38,150 bases of DNA. Origin: a virus. Taxonomy: Duplodnaviria > Caudoviricetes. Of the stretch, positions 34,735 through 38,150 are shown piece by piece (position 1 is the stretch's first letter; every line of letters begins with the position of its first letter). The position numbers and the translations under genes were made by a program. The notes under the pieces were generated by a model. The model was not told the DNA's origin and did not search any database. It was given only the letters and a program-made list of their open reading frames with translations. The stretch spans positions 1-38,150 of the IMG/VR virus record IMGVR_UViG_3300032293_000894; one strand, 5' to 3'.

Positions 34735-35804
34735 TATGCAAATCCTTTGTTATTTAATCCCTGATAATTAACAGATATAGGTTGTCCTGTTTTAGTTTCA
34801 CCCCATCTATAATATTTATTTTTACTCATTGATTCAATAACAATTTTTTCTGCAAGTTCTATGTCGCCAACTTCAAGGGCAACTGCATCTACAACTGCAG
34901 CATATTCGGCAGCATCAAGATAACTATCTGCTGAACCACCTTTTATAGTGTCTTGTAGTTGCATTTCTTCAAGTGCTACTTTTTTGGCACTTGCAGGAAC
35001 TTTGTCCCAATTAAATGCAGTTTTCTCTGCTTCTTTAGCAAGTTTTGCTTGTTGGTCTAATTTAATTTGATTTACTGCACCTTTTACAACTCCGATTGGG
35101 TAACCTGTTGCTTTTGCAATCTGTTGTAATTCTGCTTCAGAAGCACCTGCTAAAGCACCTGTAGAAACATAAGTTTTAAATATTTCTCTGTTATTAGATA
35201 AAGCATCTTGTTGCATCTTATAAGCATTTTGAGCATTGGTTTGTGCTGTAGTTAATCTGTTCTGAGCAAGTGCTAATTCTTGATTAAATTTATCGTTTAA
35301 TCTATTAACTTTTCCACCCCTTGTTCCTTCTGAATAAAATGGGTTGTCGTTAATTTCAGCAAGTGCTTGATTCTTTTGTGCTGTAATAGCATCAACTTCT
35401 TTTTGTGCTGTTTGTATTTCAGGTGTTTGAAATGGGTTTGCAGATGTTCCTGCTGACATTGAAGAACTGATTCCTGAAGTCATTCCTGAAGTTCCTGCTG
35501 TTCCTGTAGTTCCTGAAGTCATCCCTGCATTTCTTGCAGCATCTTTTGCTTGTTGCTCTGCAGTTTTCCATGTAGGAATATTTGTAATTCCAAGTTTTTG
35601 TAGGTTAGGAACTTCGGTATTAACAATTAAGGATTCTTTAGCAGATGCTACTTGTTTAGAACCATATTTCTCAGGAGTTTTAACTTTAAGTAAATTGACT
35701 GCCTTACCAACTTCTTTGGATGTGCTTTCAGTTTTGCCTTTTGCTTTTTGGTCTTTAACAAACTGCTTTAATTGTTCAACTGACATTGATGATAGTTGTG
35801 CCAT
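34734..35804 (-). CDS. Putative ejection/pilot protein
   Basis: 356 aa, Gln/Ala coiled coil with G/T/S low-complexity linker; precedes the giant protein. Confidence 0.5.
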   Translation of the reverse strand: MAQLSSMSVEQLKQFVKDQKAKGKTESTSKEVGKAVNLLKVKTPEKYGSKQVASAKESLIVNTEVPNLQKLGITNIPTWKTAEQQAKDAARNAGMTSGTTGTAGTSGMTSGISSSMSAGTSANPFQTPEIQTAQKEVDAITAQKNQALAEINDNPFYSEGTRGGKVNRLNDKFNQELALAQNRLTTAQTNAQNAYKMQQDALSNNREIFKTYVSTGALAGASEAELQQIAKATGYPIGVVKGAVNQIKLDQQAKLAKEAEKTAFNWDKVPASAKKVALEEMQLQDTIKGGSADSYLDAAEYAAVVDAVALEVGDIELAEKIVIESMSKNKYYRWGETKTGQPISVNYQGLNNKGFA

Positions 35805-36505
35805 TATAAGATGTCCTCAAAATTAAAATTACCATAACTTGTCTTGTATCTACCTGCATAAAAGTCAGGAACAAGGAACTTAGGATGTTGAATCCTTTGG
35901 TCTCTTTGTGTTGCTGCAAGTTCATCAAAATTTAATTTATTAAATATATCGTTTGCTGCTTGTTCTTCGGCAACTGATAGATTTTTATCAATTCTAACAA
36001 GTGCTACTGATAATGCTTTTCTAACTAATGCTTCGTTACCTTCTTCTTTGTTATCAGTAAATATTGTGATGTCTGTAGAATTTGTTAGTGCATCTGCTTT
36101 TAATGAACCCCAAACAGTGATGTTGTTTGTTCCACTTGCTGAAGGTGTTGGGTGAATAAAGTAGTATCTTCCGTATGAAGCAAACATTTTAAATTGGTCT
36201 GAAGGGTTTCTTTCCTTGTATGCCAAGTAATCTTCAAAATTCTTTCTTTCATAAGAAACACCATCAACGGTTAATCTCATAATAGTATTTGACCTGAAAT
36301 CATCAGGGTAATCGTAGTATTCGTTTGCAGCAATAGTTGAAGTGTGTTTTCCATTAACAAGGTCAGTCCAAATCCATTTAGTAGTTGCCCAAATGTAAGC
36401 ATCTTTAACAAGTTGGGTTAATCTTGCAGCAGGAAACATAGTGGAATTGTTTGCCACCTGTAGTCTTGATAGTAATTCAGTTTCCATGTCTGCTCTTGTT
36501 CGCAT
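35804..36505 (-). CDS. Head-tail adaptor (P22 gp4 / T7 gp11-like)
   Basis: MRTRADMETEL, WIW, YYDYPDDF, YFIHPTP motifs. Confidence 0.7.
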   Translation of the reverse strand: MRTRADMETELLSRLQVANNSTMFPAARLTQLVKDAYIWATTKWIWTDLVNGKHTSTIAANEYYDYPDDFRSNTIMRLTVDGVSYERKNFEDYLAYKERNPSDQFKMFASYGRYYFIHPTPSASGTNNITVWGSLKADALTNSTDITIFTDNKEEGNEALVRKALSVALVRIDKNLSVAEEQAANDIFNKLNFDELAATQRDQRIQHPKFLVPDFYAGRYKTSYGNFNFEDIL

Positions 36506-36717
36506 TATTTTTCCCCTTCAACTTCTAAAAAGTTCAATAAGAATTGGTTTTTGTGTTGGTTCATAACAAGTAATGCAAGTTTTAAATCATCAGGTAAAAC
36601 TTTGTATTCAGGAAAATCTAATACAATTTGAACTTGATAACCATATTTTTGTAGTAAATTGTTAAATTCTTGTGAAAATTCTTGGTTTTTTGTGTCAGTT
36701 TGGGTATTTTGTTCCAT
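36505..36717 (-). CDS. Hypothetical protein, leaderless
   Basis: 70 aa; TAGACA-N18-TATACT-N6-ATG (36753-36724). Confidence 0.65.
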   Translation of the reverse strand: MEQNTQTDTKNQEFSQEFNNLLQKYGYQVQIVLDFPEYKVLPDDLKLALLVMNQHKNQFLLNFLEVEGEK

Positions 36718-36757
36718 GTTTCAAGTATAAATTAAATATTTGTAAATTGTCTATATC

Positions 36758-37132
36758 TTACTTAGATTCAAGTTCTGTAATTCTTGCTTCTAAGATTTCA
36801 ATTTTTTCCATTGCTTTGTTGTAAGCATTAGCGATTGTTAGATATATGTTATGTCTTGTTTCGTATTCACCAATCTTTTCGTGTGCATCTATTGGTAATG
36901 GTAATAAGTTATTAGTAGGTAATCTTTCAGGCATTTTTTCGTATCTGACACGATTCTCTTTGAATAATAAAAATTTATTTCTTGCATTTCTTTTGAACTG
37001 TGGGGTAATCGGTAACTCTGTAATTAACAGGTTATAGTATTCTTCATCCATTACACCGTTTGCATCAAATAACTTTTCAGCATCAATCATGTTTGGATTA
37101 CCGTTTTTGTATAAATCTTCTATTTTTTTCAT
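36758..37132 (-). CDS. Hypothetical protein with C-terminal coiled coil (fibre chaperone-like)
   Basis: 124 aa ending KIEILEARITELESK; ATGA overlap with tail gene. Confidence 0.6.
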   Translation of the reverse strand: MKKIEDLYKNGNPNMIDAEKLFDANGVMDEEYYNLLITELPITPQFKRNARNKFLLFKENRVRYEKMPERLPTNNLLPLPIDAHEKIGEYETRHNIYLTIANAYNKAMEKIEILEARITELESK

Positions 37133-38150
37133 TGTGCTACTTGTTCAAACCTTCCGTGAAAACCATCTTGTCTGCTTCCCCAATATTCGTTACCACCATC
37201 AGCATATAAATATAAAGAACCTTGTGTAGTAGTATATTGTCTTGTTTTGGTATTAAAAATAAGTTTATCTATTTCTTTAATATCATAATCGTTCATATCA
37301 ATATCTCCACTCATGCTAATAGAAGAAAATGAACCTGAACCACCCGAAAAAGTATTTGCTACAACTTCATTAACTTCTTTAAAGTTTGCATTGTTGATTC
37401 TTATATCTGAACCTGCAACTATTATATCTAAATCTCTACCGTCATAAGTTTGTATAGTTGCATCAGTTGCTTCTGTCAAACTAAGTTTTAATCCCATATC
37501 ATTACCACTGTCATACCAAGCAATGTTATCTCCGTTAGCATCCATTTGAACTCTTGTTCCTGATGCAGATGTTTTAATTAAAGTTCCTGTAATAGTTCCT
37601 GCATTCATTGTCCCCCTAATGTTAAATGTTCCTGCACTGTTGTCCCATAAAGCACCGTTGCTGCCACCATAATTTCCAAGTTGGACATCACCAACATCAG
37701 TTCCACCTACTGTTACTTTGAAAACTACTGTTGTTCCGTCTGAAGCATAAGCGACTATTCCTGTGTTTGCATCAGGTAACAACATTACTTTTGCTGCAGT
37801 TGCTGCAGTAGTTGTGTATTGACCACCTGTAGATGCGACATAACCTACAACTAATGAACCTGCTTCAATAGTTCCGAAGAAGGAAGCATTACCTGTAGTT
37901 CCGTCAATTACAAAAGTGTTTGTTCCACTGCTGTTTCTTGCTGTAATTCCACTTGGAGTAATTCTTATATCTCCACTTGTGCCATTTACATAGTTACCGA
38001 CTTGTAACGAACCAACTCTGCCAAATGAATAAGCACCTAAGATTTGATTTGTTTTAGTGTTAATTGAGTGTCCTATTGTTTCATTTGCAACAGGAACTTG
38101 TGGAGTAATAACAGGAATAATTTTAGAAGGGTAAGTAACATTCTTTAAAG
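37129..38150 (-). CDS. 3' part of junction-spanning tail protein
   Basis: Open frame from the window end to the stop at 37129; ITPSGITARN, FVIDGTTGNASF, GTITGTLIKTSASGTRV are tail-protein-type motifs. Confidence 0.85.
   Translation of the reverse strand, partial: LKNVTYPSKIIPVITPQVPVANETIGHSINTKTNQILGAYSFGRVGSLQVGNYVNGTSGDIRITPSGITARNSSGTNTFVIDGTTGNASFFGTIEAGSLVVGYVASTGGQYTTTAATAAKVMLLPDANTGIVAYASDGTTVVFKVTVGGTDVGDVQLGNYGGSNGALWDNSAGTFNIRGTMNAGTITGTLIKTSASGTRVQMDANGDNIAWYDSGNDMGLKLSLTEATDATIQTYDGRDLDIIVAGSDIRINNANFKEVNEVVANTFSGGSGSFSSISMSGDIDMNDYDIKEIDKLIFNTKTRQYTTTQGSLYLYADGGNEYWGSRQDGFHGRFEQVAQ
38028..38150. repeat. Terminal direct repeat copy 2
   Basis: Identical to 1-123. Confidence 0.95.

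Noticed and set aside
254-37037. All plus-strand ORFs and nested alternative-frame minus ORFs in the track
   Set aside because: They are shadows of longer motif-bearing genes, with no RBS or recognisable motifs
211-37785. Alternative genetic code (stop-codon reassignment)
   Set aside because: Genes are long, intact and tightly packed under code 11, with TAA, TGA and TAG all used as stops

Overview
The window is an apparently complete, circularly assembled dsDNA phage genome of about 38,027 bp: positions 1-123 are repeated exactly at 38028-38150, and one gene reads in frame across the join. All credible genes lie on the minus strand. The layout is podovirus-like (P22-type). It contains TerS, TerL, portal, a lysis/small-basic-protein cluster, scaffold, major capsid, two fibre-like proteins, nozzle and adaptor-like proteins, and three putative ejection proteins, one a 2464-aa polyvalent protein. 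An early region carries a lambda-O-like replication initiator with iterons, an ERF annealase and a lytic transglycosylase. I found no integrase, DNA polymerase, tape measure or CI-like repressor. The host is unknown; a CPR/Patescibacteria or other low-GC host is only a guess. The most interesting signals are non-coding: (1) a ~44-nt hairpin RNA whose loop displays the 16S anti-Shine-Dalgarno tail, in a genome where at least 8 genes look leaderless; (2) a ~260-nt structured RNA candidate with its own promoter and a G5-N6-G5 tail, upstream of the portal; (3) six TACyyAT-N11-ATrrGTA palindromic operators over early promoters, one on an unannotated zinc-ribbon gene; (4) near-total avoidance of many 4-bp restriction-type words. 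All protein calls come from motif recognition by eye, not database searches.
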